Made by a program: the position numbers and the translations under genes. A stretch of DNA of 64,000 nt from Octopus vulgaris (lineage: Eukaryota): positions 80,600,001 to 80,664,000 of the forward strand of contig OX597824.1 in NCBI GenBank assembly GCA_951406725.2. Reading direction: 5' to 3'. Positions 40,733-54,689 of the stretch are shown in pieces. Under the pieces are notes generated by a model, which saw nothing but the letters and a program-made list of their open reading frames with translations, did no database searches and was not told the DNA's origin. Position 1 is the first letter of the stretch; every line of letters starts with the position of its first letter.

Positions 40733-40892
40733 TTTCAAGAGATAAGAGTAACTTGAAATTATTACACATTTTGATCTTTAAATTGTTACATTTAACTGTC
40801 TTGCCTATCCTCTCTTATAGTAACGAATGTTGGGTAATGATCGAAAGAGTTCGATCATGAATACAAGCAATAGAAATTGGGTTCGTCGAGCT

Positions 40893-41495
40893 GGCGGCGA
40901 GCTGGAAGAAACGTTAGCGCGCCGGGCGAAATGCGTAGCCGTATTTCGTCTGCCGTTACGTTCTGAGTTCAAATTCCGCCGAGGTCGACTTTGCCTTTCT
41001 TCCTTTCGGGGTCGATAAATTAAGTACCAGTTACGCACTGGGGTCGATATAATCGACTTTAACCCTTTGTCTGTCCTTGTTTGTCCTCTCTGTGTTTAGC
41101 CCCTTGTGGGTAGTAAAGAAATAGGTATTTCGTCTGTCGTTACGTTCTGAGTTCAAATTCCGGCGAGGTCGACTTTGCCTTTCATCATTTCAGGGTCGAT
41201 TAAATAAATACCAGTTACACACTGGGGTCGATATAATCGACTTAATCCCTTTGTCTGTCCTTGTTTGCTTCCTCTATGTTTAGCCCCTTGTGGGTAGTAA
41301 ATAAATAGGTATTTCGTCTGCTGTTGTGTTCTGAGTTCAAATTCCGCCGAAGTCAACTTTGCCTTTCATCCTTTCGGGTTCGATAAATTAAGTACCAGTT
41401 GCACACTGGTGTCGGTGTAATCGACTTAATCCCTTTGTCTGTCCTTGTTTGTCCCCTCTATGTTTAGCCCCTTGTGTGCAATAAAGAAATAAGAA
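40893..41495 (+). mobile_element. SINE family A trimer
   Basis: One head, then units restarting at aaataggtatttcgtctg. Confidence 0.9.
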
Positions 41496-41559
41496 ATCGG
41501 CTTCGTCTCAACGATACCTGGAGTTTCGTTATTCGACACGGTGCCTAATCAATGATTAG

Positions 41560-41775
41560 AATGTCGCAGAGAAGAAGCGGAAGATCGATCCTCCAAGATG
41601 AGCCAATCCAAAGGAGACCTAAGCGTAGAACTAAAATGAAATGGTTGGAAAATATCCCGTCTCAATTGACCACGCTTCGGAACCCAGCAGGATATTTTAA
41701 TGACGGTTGCTTCTGATGGGACCTTATGGAGGAGGTGCTTGAGGAGTCTATCCACACGATCATTCAAGGAATAGG
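41560..41775 (+). mobile_element. Possible highly decayed RTE-like LINE C-terminus
   Basis: RRPKRRTKMKWLENI.../LMTVASDGTLWRRCL resembles the RTE RPRGRP..W.D.I...A.DR..WR pattern. Confidence 0.4.
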
Positions 41776-42922
41776 TAAGAGGAGAATAGATGGGTGGAAA
41801 TATGCAAACAAAAAAATAGTATTATTTTGAATGATCTAAAGATGATATGGCTGCAAGATGAGATTAATTTTAACCGCCAGCTATATAACTGGATATTTGA
41901 GAGTTTGAGATGCACAAATGTAATGGTATACACAAAAAATAACAGGAATAATCATTCGGCTAATTCATAAATATTTACCTACTAACAGACTACAACGCTG
42001 GTCTGTCTCCTACTCTATCGGTACCACACCGGTTTCAGTTCATTAAAAATACTTAGAAGCAGATGATATCCAGTTAAATTTGAGTACAATTACAAGGGTG
42101 ATGAGTGACTACAGACAGTGATCTCTGCAGCTTCGTAAGGCAATGGAGACCTTTTTGCTGTTCTTTAGTTCTCACGTCAGTTTTGATAAAGTGAACAATC
42201 GATAAAAAGCGTTCCAGCCATGACCAAGCTGTTTACATTTAAACGTTATGCATCTAGCACCACTTTGTACAACGTGATCCTTTTTCTTTAAAAATAAGGT
42301 GTGATTTGAGAAGTATTGATTTCTTATTTAAAGCTCGTCAAAGAACGCGTAAAAGATACAACCATCGGTTTCAGAGGGAAATTGGATTGTTACCGTTTGT
42401 TGTTATGCTTTTTGTTGTTGTTATCTTATGGCCCCAAGTCAACTTTGATTGAGCAGATCTATTTTCAAAAGCGTTCCGAAAGATTGACGTTTATAGGCAA
42501 GTATATATTAGCAGGTCGGTTCAATTTTGTCGCAGACCTGATAAACAAGAGCGTGTGAAATTGGCATATGTAGATATAGATCAAAAGAAACCATTCGTTT
42601 GTTTCCAAATTATGTAATATTATATATAGATGTGTCAATATAATATGTGTGCAACAGATTGCTTTGGGGGCCATTAATCAAAACTACAGATCAAATGATA
42701 AAAAAAAAAAAGCAAACGCAGAGGGGAAAAAACCTAGAAAAATAAACGATGTGATGTGTATATAGATTTAAAATCACAAATGATGAATAATGTTAACGTT
42801 TTGAAAAGAGTTTAAAGCGTGAAAAAACCTTTTTATCACTGTCACATATGCCACACACGCACACACACACACATACATACACACTCAAACATATGTATAT
42901 ATAAATCTATACCTACATACTT

Positions 42923-42957
<35 letters not shown>

Positions 42958-42970
42958 TACATACGTATAT

Positions 42971-43012
<42 letters not shown>

Positions 43013-43103
43013 CTTTGTGTGTGTATGTATATTCACACATATATATGTATACATATGTATATCTATGTGTCTATCTATCTAACTATCTATATGTCTCTGT
43101 CTT

Positions 43104-43158
<55 letters not shown>

Positions 43159-43163
43159 GTCTA

Positions 43164-43258
<95 letters not shown>

Positions 43259-43260
43259 GC

Positions 43261-43295
<35 letters not shown>

Positions 43296-43299
43296 TCTC

Positions 43300-43336
<37 letters not shown>

Positions 43337-43767
43337 TTTTCCATCTATCTATCTATTTATCTATCTGTCTATCTATCCATACATATATACCATCAACCAC
43401 ATACGTATATAATATATATATATATTTTATGTTATATATATTCTTGACAAAATCTGTGACATATACCGTACGCATGAGCATACAAGTCCGCACACACACA
43501 AACACACACATGTCCAAGAATATATACATGCATAATACTTTTCTGTGCGTCATCATTGCTCTCCTTACTGATACCGCCACCTCTCCATCTCCCGTTTTCT
43601 CTCTTTTATTCCTATAACAGTTTGATTGATAACTTCATCGATTAAACTATGAGCAAAGCGTTGTCGCAATTTGTCTTCATACATACGTTCCACAATACTT
43701 GTGGATGGTGAATACAAAACACCTGACATGAGCCAGGTGTTGGCAATTATATACCTCTGTATATACG

Positions 43768-43815
<48 letters not shown>

Positions 43816-43896
43816 TCGCTCCCTCTATCTCCCTATATATATATATATATATATGTATGCATGTATATATATGTCTATATATATATGTATATATAT

Positions 43897-44366
43897 ATGG
43901 AAAAAAATCATGGTACAAAATGCTAAAATAATTTTGTAAAAAACATTTCAGTACCGGTTTCAATCATTGAGACTTTTCCAACTCTAAGTATGGAAAACAA
44001 TTAAATTTTGGAAAAATTAAAAGAAATGTTTTTAAAAATAATATTTGCATAGCATTCAAATACAAGGGGCATTGTCCTTGTTTCTGCCTGTCTCTGTCTT
44101 TCTTAACCCACAAGAGTAAACAAAAGAGACAAAGACAGGCAGAAACAAGGAAAATGCAACTTGTATTTGAACACTATACAAATATTCTTTCAAAAAACAT
44201 TTCATTTAATTTTTCCAAAATTTAATTGTTTTCCATACTTACAGTTGAAAAAGTCTCAATGACTGAAACCGGTACCGAAATGTTTTTTATAAAATTATTT
44301 TACCATTTTCTACCTTGATTTGATTTTCCATATATATCAACTCATGTGTTCCTTTTCAACCTTCTA

Positions 44367-44368
<2 letters not shown>
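43897..44368. mobile_element. Foldback element (about 205-bp imperfect arms) in (TA)n, with a hammerhead-like fold in each arm
   Basis: 43897-44102 approximates the reverse complement of 44124-44331. CAG-TTGAAAA-AGTC(tcaat)GACT-GAAA-CCGG-TA-C[C/T]G lies at 44242-44277 and is mirrored at 43949-43984. Confidence 0.8.
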
Positions 44369-44413
<45 letters not shown>

Positions 44414-44476
44414 TGTGTGTGTTTGTGAATATACGTCAAGTGATTTTGTAAATTATTACTACATTTATATGTGCTG

Positions 44477-44531
<55 letters not shown>

Positions 44532-44534
44532 GAC

Positions 44535-44569
<35 letters not shown>

Positions 44570-45085
44570 GTAATAATAATGGTGATAATACTACTACTAA
44601 AAATAATCCTTTCTACTAACGATACAAGACCTGAATTTTGTTCAACTGTTAGTATTTTATCGACCCCGAAAGGATGAAAGGTAAAGTTGTCCTCGGCCGA
44701 AATAATTGTTTGAGATAATGGTTTAAAATTTTGGAACAACGCCATCACTTTGTGGAAGAAGGGTTAGTCGATTACATCGACTCCTGGGTTTAGCTGGTAC
44801 CTATCTTATCACCCCGAAAGGACGAAAGGCGTTGTCTCCCTCATCTATGACTTTCAGGTGTTTCAACACCCAGTACAATGAGGGAGCTGTTCTTCAAGCG
44901 CTTTCTGCAGCGAACTGGTGAAAAAGCCAGACACGTATAAATAGTATGTGTAGTCGATAATGTTTACAACACAAGCGCTCCTTCTAATTAATAATTGAAT
45001 ATTTATATATATGTGTATATGTACATGCATATATACATAATACATACATAAATATATACCTATATATATATATATATATATATAT

Positions 45086-45168
45086 AGGTAAGAAAGTTGG
45101 TATGTGAAAGCACGTGGTTGAATATATATATAAAAGTGAAAAAACTACAGAAGGCTTGTTTTAAAAGG

Positions 45169-45208
<40 letters not shown>

Positions 45209-45315
45209 AGTCAATATGTCTGAAAAAAATTTATAACATTCTTCAGACATATTGACTCAAATATATATTTTTTAACCTTTTAAAACAAGCCTTCTGTAGT
45301 TTTTTCACTTTTTAC

Positions 45316-45320
<5 letters not shown>
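45086..45320. mobile_element. Small foldback element in (TA)n
   Basis: aaaagtgaaaaaactacagaaggcttgttttaaaagg and tttgagtcaatatgtctgaa each have an exact inverted partner. Confidence 0.75.
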
Positions 45321-45367
<47 letters not shown>

Positions 45368-45894
45368 ACACTTTAAAATATATATGTATATATATATGTA
45401 TATATATATATACATACTTACGTATTTAAGTATATGTGCGTATGTGTGTGTGCGTTTGTGAGTGGGTGCGTACGTTCGTGCGTGCATGCGCCCGTGTGTG
45501 TGTGTGTGCGTGTGCACGCCAGGGTAAGTATTCGTAGAAGGCAAGTGTATTTATAAATGCGTATAATCATATAATCTTATGTCTATCAAATATATAACCA
45601 TTAAGCACGTGGTCAGACGCACCGAGAAACATCTATTACATAATGGGTTTCTGAGACCAGGTAATGAGCCGACACGAGTTTCGTATATGTTAGAACTTGC
45701 CAAAGTCGTTTTTGAAAATGAAAACTTAAACAAGCAAATATATTTATCCGGTAAAATGTCGACAGCCTTAAATTTATGGACAGCCATGATTTTCTTTGAA
45801 ACACATACACACAAACGCACAAAAATATAAATAGATATGAATGGGAGTATATATGTATATAGAGAGATACATAGATATTTAGATAGCTACCTAC

Positions 45895-46010
<116 letters not shown>

Positions 46011-46375
46011 GTAGGTAGATAGATAGGTAGATGGATAGATAAATAGCTAGGACAAAGAAAGAGAGAGAGAGAGAGGGAGAGAAGAAAGGAGAGAAAGAAA
46101 GGAAGTGGTAGTGAGAAAAGGTGTAATTTGCCAGATTCCGTAATCTGGAGTTTCGCAGTATGTGGTCGGTTCTTCAGACATAAAGAGAAAGAGACGACAT
46201 GTTGATGAGATTCAGAGTAATAGTGTAATGGATCGGGAAAAGTAAATAACCACAACCACACCCTGCTATGTTACTAAGTAATTTTGTTGGAAACTCACCC
46301 ACACATGTATGTATGTATGTATGTATGTATGTATGTATGTATGTATGTATGTATGTATGTATGTATGTATGTACA

Positions 46376-47215
46376 TATGCATGGTCTGATCAAGAAGTAC
46401 TCGGAGTTTTGCTGCCATAGTAACAAAGCTAAAGCACGTAGACTAAAGCCGCTTGGCACAGATAAACCTTGAACTCTGTTGTGCATGTGAACTAAGTTTT
46501 AACATTCTCGCTTACTTCAGCTGCTTAGAGCAGTGATGGGAAGGAAGGTGTATAGCGTGTGATCGTCGCATTAAATATAACAGAGAGACTTGAGCAGCGA
46601 ATCTACAAAAAAGTTTACCAAAAGCTTGGCGATACCTGCTCAAAGGCCCCCGCAAAATTTTCGAAAAGTTTTCATCATTCTTGACACAATCAAGGAAATC
46701 TTGTGCAAATGAAACCCGAGTGTCTTTTTGGTCAGCTGAAAGCAGTTTTAGCTCAAACTTGGTAGATACGCGTCTCATACACAAATCTTCAGTGATAATG
46801 GACTGAACTGATCGATAACTAATCTGCACATCCTCTGATGACTCACGGGTTGAGATTCGACGATTTCTCCCTATAGCTGCACGCACATCCGCACTGTTTT
46901 TCTTTGTTCTGCTGGTTGTGGATCTCCCAGAATGTTCGTAAATATCGATATTTTCTGCCATCTTGGAAACGTTTGATCCCTTCGTACACTTGTGTGCGGC
47001 TCATACACTCCTCTCCATACACTTTCTGCAACTTTGCACAGGCCTCTGAGCAGGTATCATCATGACAACTTTCTCTGTGATGGTCAATGCGACGATCACA
47101 CGCTACACACACCCCTTCCAATCACTGCTGTAAACAACGGAAGTGAGAACGTAAAAGCTGTGTGCGCATGCTCAGCAGAGTTCACGATCAATTTTCTCTG
47201 TGTGCTTTAATCCTT
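46376..47215 (-). mobile_element. Mariner-like deletion derivative (HTH region) with an inverted duplication of its 5' end
   Basis: DTCSEACAKLQKVYGEECMSRTQVYEGIKRFQDGR/EHSGRSTTSRTKKNSADVRAAIGRNRRISTRE..ITEDLCMRRVSTKFELKLLSADQK. 46500-46647 mirrors 47040-47185. TIR-like ggtctgatcaagaagtactcggag at the left end. Confidence 0.85.
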
Positions 47216-47254
47216 ATGCGTAAAAGCTGTATAATAAATAACTGTATAATAAAT

Positions 47255-48270
47255 AAAGTCGAACTCGGCGGAATTTGAACTCAAAACGTAGCAGCAGACG
47301 AAATACCTATTTCTATTTCTTTACTACCCACAAGGGGCTAAACACAGAAGGGACAAACAAGGACAGACAAACAGATTAAGGTCGATTACATTGACCCCAG
47401 TGCGTAACTGGTACTTAATTTATCGACCCCGAAAGGATGAAAGGCAAAGTCGACCTCGCCGGAATTTGAACCCAGAACGTAGCGGCAGACGAAATACCTA
47501 TTTCTTTACTACCCACAAGGGGCTAAAGACAGAGAGGACGAAGAAGGACAGACAAACGGATTAAGTCGATTATATCGGCCCCATTACGTAACTGGTACTT
47601 ATTTAATCGACCCCGAAAGGATGAAAAGCAAAGTCGACCTCGCCGGAATTTGAACCCAGAATGTAGCGGCAGACGAAATACCTATTTCTTTACTACCCAC
47701 AAGGGGCTAAAGACAGAGAGGACAAACAAGGACAGGGATTAAGTCGATTATATCAGCCCAGTGCGTAACTGGTACTTATTTAATCGACCCCGAAAGGATA
47801 AAAGGCAAAGTCGACCTCGGTGGAATTTGAACCCAGAACGTAGTGGCAGACGAAATACCTATTTCTTTACTACCCACAAGGGGCTAAAGACAGAGAGGAC
47901 AAACAAGGACAGACAAACGGATTAAGTCGATTATATCGGCCCAGTGCGTAACTGGTACTTATTTAATCTACCCCGAAAGGATAAAAGGCAAAGTCGACCT
48001 CGGTGGAATTTGAACTCAGAACGTAGCGGCAGACGAAATACCTATTTCTTTATTACCAACAAAGGGCTAAACACAGAGAGGACAAATAAGGACAAACGGA
48101 TTAAGTCGATTATATCGGCCCCAGTGCGTAACTGGTACTTATTTAATCAGCCCCGAAAGGATAAAAGGCAAAATCGACTTCGGTGGAATTTGAACTCAGA
48201 ACGTAGTGGCAGGCGAAATACCGCTAAGTATTTCGCTCGACGTGCTAACGTTTCTGCCAGGTCGCAGCCT
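47255..48270 (-). mobile_element. SINE family A multimer (about 5-6 units, 177-191-bp period)
   Basis: gacgaaatacc junctions at about 47298, 47489, 47672, 47849, 48032 and 48213; single head at about 48265. Confidence 0.9.
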
Positions 48271-48329
48271 TCCTACTTTCACATTTTGAGCAGTTTCCAA
48301 TTGCCCTTTGTTGATAGTAACACATCGTC

Positions 48330-48396
<67 letters not shown>

Positions 48397-48534
48397 GTAT
48401 CAAAAAAAATTTTAATGTATGGTGTATTCTAATTGATATTCCTGTATTTGTATATGTTGCTCAGCTTCAAGAAATAGACACCTCTGAGTGAGTACTCTTA
48501 GACATTCTTGTTTATTTATGAAAATTACCTAACG

Positions 48535-49146
48535 CGGCGAGCTGTCTGAATCGTTAGCACGCCGGGCAAAATGCTTAGCGTATTTCGTCTGTCTTTACGT
48601 CCTGAGTTCAAATTCCGCCGAGGTCGACTTTGCCTTTCATCCTTTCGGAGTCGATAAATTAAGTACCAGTTACGCACTGGGGTCGATGTAATCGACTTAA
48701 TCCGTTTGTCTGTCCTTGTTTGTCCCCTCTATGTTTAGCCCATTGTGGGTAGTAAAGAAATAGGTATTTCGTCTGTCTTTACGTTCTGAGTTCAAATTCC
48801 GTCGAGGTGACTTTGCTTTTCATCTTTTCGGGGTGGATAAATTAAGTACCAGTTGCTTACTGGGGTCGATCTAATCGACTTAATCCCTTTGTCTGTTCTT
48901 GTTTGTCTCCTCTATATTTGGCCCCTTGTGGGCCATAAAGAAATAAGAAACGTTAGCACGCCGTGTCAAATGCTTACCGGTATTTCGTCTGTCTTTATGT
49001 TCTGAGTTCAAATTCCGTCGAGGCGACTTCACCTTTCATCTTTTCGGGGTGGATAAATTAAGTACCAGATGCTTACTGGGTTCAATCTAATCGACTGTCC
49101 TCCTTCCCTCAAAATTTCGGGTCTTGTGCCTAGACTAGAAAAGATT
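48535..49146 (+). mobile_element. SINE family A trimer with mixed tails
   Basis: Three cores; the last unit uses the alternative tail. Confidence 0.85.
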
Positions 49147-49608
49147 ATGAAAATTACTTGGGCCAGCAACGTATTCTATTCCTTTTTTATGTATGTAATG
49201 CCCCTAGTTATGAGACTTAAGGTAGGAAATTGTCGTATTTATCATAACTCTTGCACACATATACATATACATTTTTATTCTTTATAATCGTCAAAAACTA
49301 CAAAATTTACAGGAAGGGAGAATTTTGTGCATGGCCCTTCTGACAGTTTAAGACAAAACCTTGCCTTTTTATTTACAGATAAAATCTGTTCGATGGACAT
49401 CTATACAGTTTCTTTCTACCCGTCTCAATTTTGCTCACAGGATATGTGGTTATCCAAGGCTATAGAATATTACATTAACCTAAGGTGGCATGTTGTGGAA
49501 TTGAGTTATCGAATTTTAAGTCTCGTATTTGCGAAGAAAGAATCCTTGAGCATCCGATCATAAAAAGACTACATATATACAAAGCGTTCATGCTTACATA
49601 AAAGACAT

Positions 49609-49690
<82 letters not shown>

Positions 49691-49785
49691 GTGAATGAAT
49701 AAAAGGACAGAAGTAGAACTCAGCACACTTAGATCTACGTCGATGCTAAAACACGATCACCTGATCTGACATTCTGCATCAAATA

Positions 49786-49906
<121 letters not shown>

Positions 49907-50231
49907 GTGTATCGATATATACATATATATGTATATATATATTCGCACCGAAATATATATATATATTTATATCTATATATATAGATATATTTATATTTAT
50001 ATATTTACATATATATATGTGCATACAGACATACTTACGTTTACAATACACCAACAGGTGTCTGATGCACAGACACTACGAAAAATTTACGAAAAATCTA
50101 ATAGAAAAAACAGATTGAATTAGATCATAGTCGTATTTGCAATATATCATGTCTAAAAGAAAAGCTGTTTCCTCATATATTTCTGCATATATACATTTAT
50201 ATTTCGATATATATGTATATACATTTATATT

Positions 50232-50289
<58 letters not shown>

Positions 50290-50849
50290 TATATTTATAC
50301 AAAAGTATGTATGAATATATACATACACATATATATATATCACATGTATATGTATATTTGTATATGAACATATAGAAGTATGTATGAATTATATGCATCT
50401 ATAACCTGTAAGAAAGGTGAAAGGGGTCTTCTTCCATCACCATATTCTAATATTTATAGCCTAATGCGTGTGAAAATGTTGCCTATAAAGATTATGGTTT
50501 TAGCATGGAAGGACAACGGAGTTATGCATTCATCTATTGATCGCCGAATTATAAACTAGCATTACATAAAAGATCAATTATCTATTTAATATTTATGATA
50601 ATCTCACAAGCGGCTCCTTCCCTTACGGCCATACATACCCATAAACTCTCACACCATGATGCCAAATAATGATGGCCAAGTTTCTAATGGCAATTTTCGC
50701 GAAGTCTATGACGATAGAAAGTCATTAATTATTGTATATCGTTCACTTAGTGTTACATGTTGAGTAAGGAATAAAACTACCGTAGAATGAACGCCTCTAA
50801 CACCACCACCAAAACCTCCCCGACCACCGTGCTTATAGCGTCAGCAATA

Positions 50850-50951
50850 TCACCATCAACATCGTCGCCATTGATGTCATCGTCGTCGTAGCCGTCAACC
50901 TCGTTTTTGCCGGGCATCTTCATCGTCAAACTGATCATCGACGTCGTGGAC

Positions 50952-51003
<52 letters not shown>

Positions 51004-51065
51004 CCATCATTATCATCATCATCATCATCATCATCGTCATCATCGTCATCATCAATATCATCAAT

Positions 51066-51114
<49 letters not shown>

Positions 51115-51177
51115 CCATCACCATCACCATCATCATCATCATCATCATCATCACCATCATCATCATCATTTTCATCG

Positions 51178-51274
<97 letters not shown>

Positions 51275-51410
51275 CCACAACAGCAACAACAATAACAAGA
51301 ACACTGCAGCCAACACCATCATTATCATCATCATGTTTACCATCGTCATCATGATCGTCCTCATCAACAATAACAGCAACAACACTGCAGCCAACACCAT
51401 AATCACCACT

Positions 51411-51450
<40 letters not shown>

Positions 51451-51697
51451 ACAACAACAACAACCACAACAACCATAACAACAGCAACAACAATAACAAC
51501 ACTGCTGCCAACATCATCACCATCATTATCATCACCATCATCATCATCATCATCATCAATATCATCATCAACATTATCATCCTCATCAACAACAACAACC
51601 ACAACAACAGCAAGAACAATAACAACACTGCCGCCAACATCATCATCATCATCATCATCATCATCATGCTTACCATCATCATCATCATCATGCTTAC

Positions 51698-51738
<41 letters not shown>

Positions 51739-51877
51739 CTAACATCATCATCATCACCATCATGCTTACCATCGTCATCATCACCATCATCCTTATCAAC
51801 GTCATGATGGTCATAATCATCATCACCACCACTAACAACATCCACAACAGTAGAATGAAAACTACCACAACAACAAG

Positions 51878-51908
<31 letters not shown>

Positions 51909-51990
51909 GCAATAACAAAATAAAATCACTAACCAAAACATTACAAATATAAAAATCAAAACCAGCCACAAGAACAAGAACAAGAACAAC
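50850..51990. repeat. (CAT)n/(CAA)n compound array with a higher-order unit
   Basis: aac..caacactgc[a/t/c]gccaaca[c/t]cat recurs 4 times (about 51300, 51383, 51498, 51625) within (CAT)n. Confidence 0.9.
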
Positions 51991-52329
51991 AGAAATATTT
52001 ATAATCATGGCTGCCTTTGTTCAACATCCATTTTTCAAGACGTTGCATTAATAAAATTCGGAATAGATTTTTGACTGCGATTTCTTGCAGATCTATTGAC
52101 CGCGTAAGATTATATCTTGTGTTGGGTTGAATGTGAAACAAAAAGGGGTCGAACGAGGTCATTGTATAACGTAATGTAAGGTAATGTAATGGGCTTCGCT
52201 GATGGGAGTCTATTTAATTATAAAAGCAGACCATTTTTCAAGAGTATATAGCAAGATGATGTCTTCTGACTCAACTGGAGACAAGTATTTACGATGGTTG
52301 CATCGTTAAATGCTTCGTAATGTGACTTA

Positions 52330-53490
52330 GGTGAGAAAGAGGGAGAGAGAGGAAGACGGAAAGAAAGAGAGAGAGAGAGAGAGAAAGAAGAAAGAGAGAG
52401 TGAAAGAGAGAAAAAGAGAGGGATAGAGGGAATATAAAGGAGGAGACTACGACGGGAGAAGTAATAAAGTAAGAAGACAAGAAAAATGAGAAAATATATG
52501 AAAGAATTTGAAAGAAAGAATGTTTTTTTTTCTGTAGGGATAAGACGATTTAAAGAGAGGTAAAGAGAGTGAATGAATGAGTGAGTGAGAGAGAGAGGGA
52601 GAGAGAAGGGGAGAGAAAGGGGGAGACAGAAGGAAAAAAGAGAAACAAAGTAGGAAAAGAGAGAGGAGAAAGAGGGAGGGAGAGAGAAACGAAGAGAGAG
52701 AGAGAGAGGGCGAGAGAGGGGAGAAAGAGAGGATGGGGAGAGAGAAACAAAGAGAGGAGAGAGGGAGAGAGAGAAAAACAAACAGGGAGAGAGAGGAGAA
52801 AGAGGGAAGGAGAGAGAAATGAAGAGGGAAAGAGAGGAGGAGAGAGGGGAGAGAGAAACAAAGAGAGGGGAGAGGAAAGAGGGAGAGAGATAAAAACAAA
52901 GATATAGAGAGAGAGGAGAAAGAGGGAAGGAGAGAGAAATGAAGAGAGAGAGGAGAGAGAAACAAAAAGGGTGAGAGAGAGGGGAGAGAGAGTAACAAAG
53001 AAGGGGAGAGAAGAGAAAAAGGGATGGGTAAGAGAGGGGAGAGAGTAGGAAAAAGGGAGAGAGAGAGAGAAAAGATGGAAGGAGAGAGAAGAGAAAAAGG
53101 AAGAGAGCGAGGAGAGAGGATAGAGAGAAGGAGAGAAAGAGAAAGATAGAAATAGAGAGAAGTGGAATTGAGAGAGATAGTGAGGTAAAGAAAGAGAGAG
53201 AGAGAATATAGAAAGAGTGCAAAGAGAACTTAATAGTAAGAAATAGTGAGAGATATACAGAGAGAGAGAGAGAGAGAGAGAGCGAACGAGAGAGAGAGAC
53301 TGAGAGCGCGAGCAAATGAGAGAGACAGAAAAACCCAGAGCGTGAGCGAGTGAGTGAAGAGAGAGAGAGAGAATGAGAGATAGATAGACCATATGAGTGA
53401 GTGAGAGAGAGAGGGAAGCAGGCTCAGAGGCTTAAGAGATAAAATAGGAGTAGAGGAAGGCAAAGAAAAGGATGGGCGAGAGATTGAGAG
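52330..53490. repeat. About 1.1-kb purine-rich (GA) strand-asymmetric tract
   Basis: Almost exclusively A/G on the + strand. Confidence 0.9.
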
Positions 53491-53696
53491 ACAATCTATA
53501 TAAACGTAGGGAAAAGACTGAACGATACAACATAAAGAAAGAGAGTGAAGATTGACTGATAAAGTGAGAGAGTGAGTGAGTGTGGTTGAGTGAAAGTGAG
53601 AGTGAGTATGAGAGTGTAAGAGTGCGTGTGTGTATGTGTGTCTTTTAAAATGTCAGGTTGTGTAAAAAGAATTGGAAGATAATGATTCATAATTTA

Positions 53697-54094
53697 CTAG
53701 CAGTATCGCCCGGCGTTGCTCGGGTTTGTAAGGGAAATAACTATATAAGCATTTTTAGAGAGTTACTTCCCTTATATAATAGCAAAAAAATGCATTAAAA
53801 ATGGGAAAAAAATGATGGTAAATTTTTTTTAAATCGTTGACTCATCGTAGACATTTTTAGAGAGTTACTTCCCTTATATAATAGCGAAAAAATGCATTAA
53901 AATGGAAAAAATGATGGTAATTTTTTTTTAAACCGTAGACTCATCGTAGACGCGCGCTAATACCCAGAAGGGCTCGATATGAATCACGACTATAAAATAC
54001 CCGGTTTTGGTTAAACTGCACCGCAAAATGTGGGAGTAGTTAGGAATCTAAATCGTAGGAGACAGACACACAACTTCTCTTTTATATATAAAGA
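53697..54094 (-). mobile_element. Non-autonomous Helitron
   Basis: Minus strand has 5' TC(tttatatataaaa), 3' hairpin cccgagcaacgccggg and terminal CTAG, inserted between A and T. Internal tandem duplication of about 103 bp. Confidence 0.85.
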
Positions 54095-54322
54095 TTACCT
54101 ATGGACGTTATTCAACCGAGGTTGACTTTGCCTTTCATCCTTTTGGGGGTCGATAAATTAAGTACCAGTTGTGTACTGGGGTCGATCCAATCGACTGGCC
54201 CCCTTCACCCAAAATTTCGGGTCTCGTGCCTTGAGCATGAACGAACACTTATGGACGTTATGTGTGTCTGTTTGTGTGTATGTGTGTGCGTGCCTGCATC
54301 CTCCTCCTCCTCCTCCTCCTCC

Positions 54323-54364
<42 letters not shown>

Positions 54365-54613
54365 GAGGTGAAATATTCAATCCCCAAAGTAAGACTTCCT
54401 TTCAACACATTACTATGCTGCTACCCCACTACTTCTGATCATGATCAGGGATGCATATATCGTCAGCCACTAAGGGACACGCTCAACTAAGTAAGGTCAA
54501 ACAACTGACGGGCAAATCTGTGGTATTGAGCTGAATATTTCCTGTAGCCCATCTTTTACACCAAAGTTAAGATTCAAAGCCATGAGAGTCAGTGCCTGGT
54601 ACAGCATCAGAGC

Positions 54614-54689
<76 letters not shown>

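Noticed and set aside
50777-51989. 338-364 aa ORFs (poly-Met, poly-Asp or poly-Ile) that could be mistaken for an acidic biomineralisation protein
   Set aside because: Three frames are open simply because (CAT)n/(CAA)n lack stops in them; no domain, splice or codon evidence.
52218-53392. Long Leu/Ser/Phe-rich ORFs
   Set aside because: Translation of a polypyrimidine strand.
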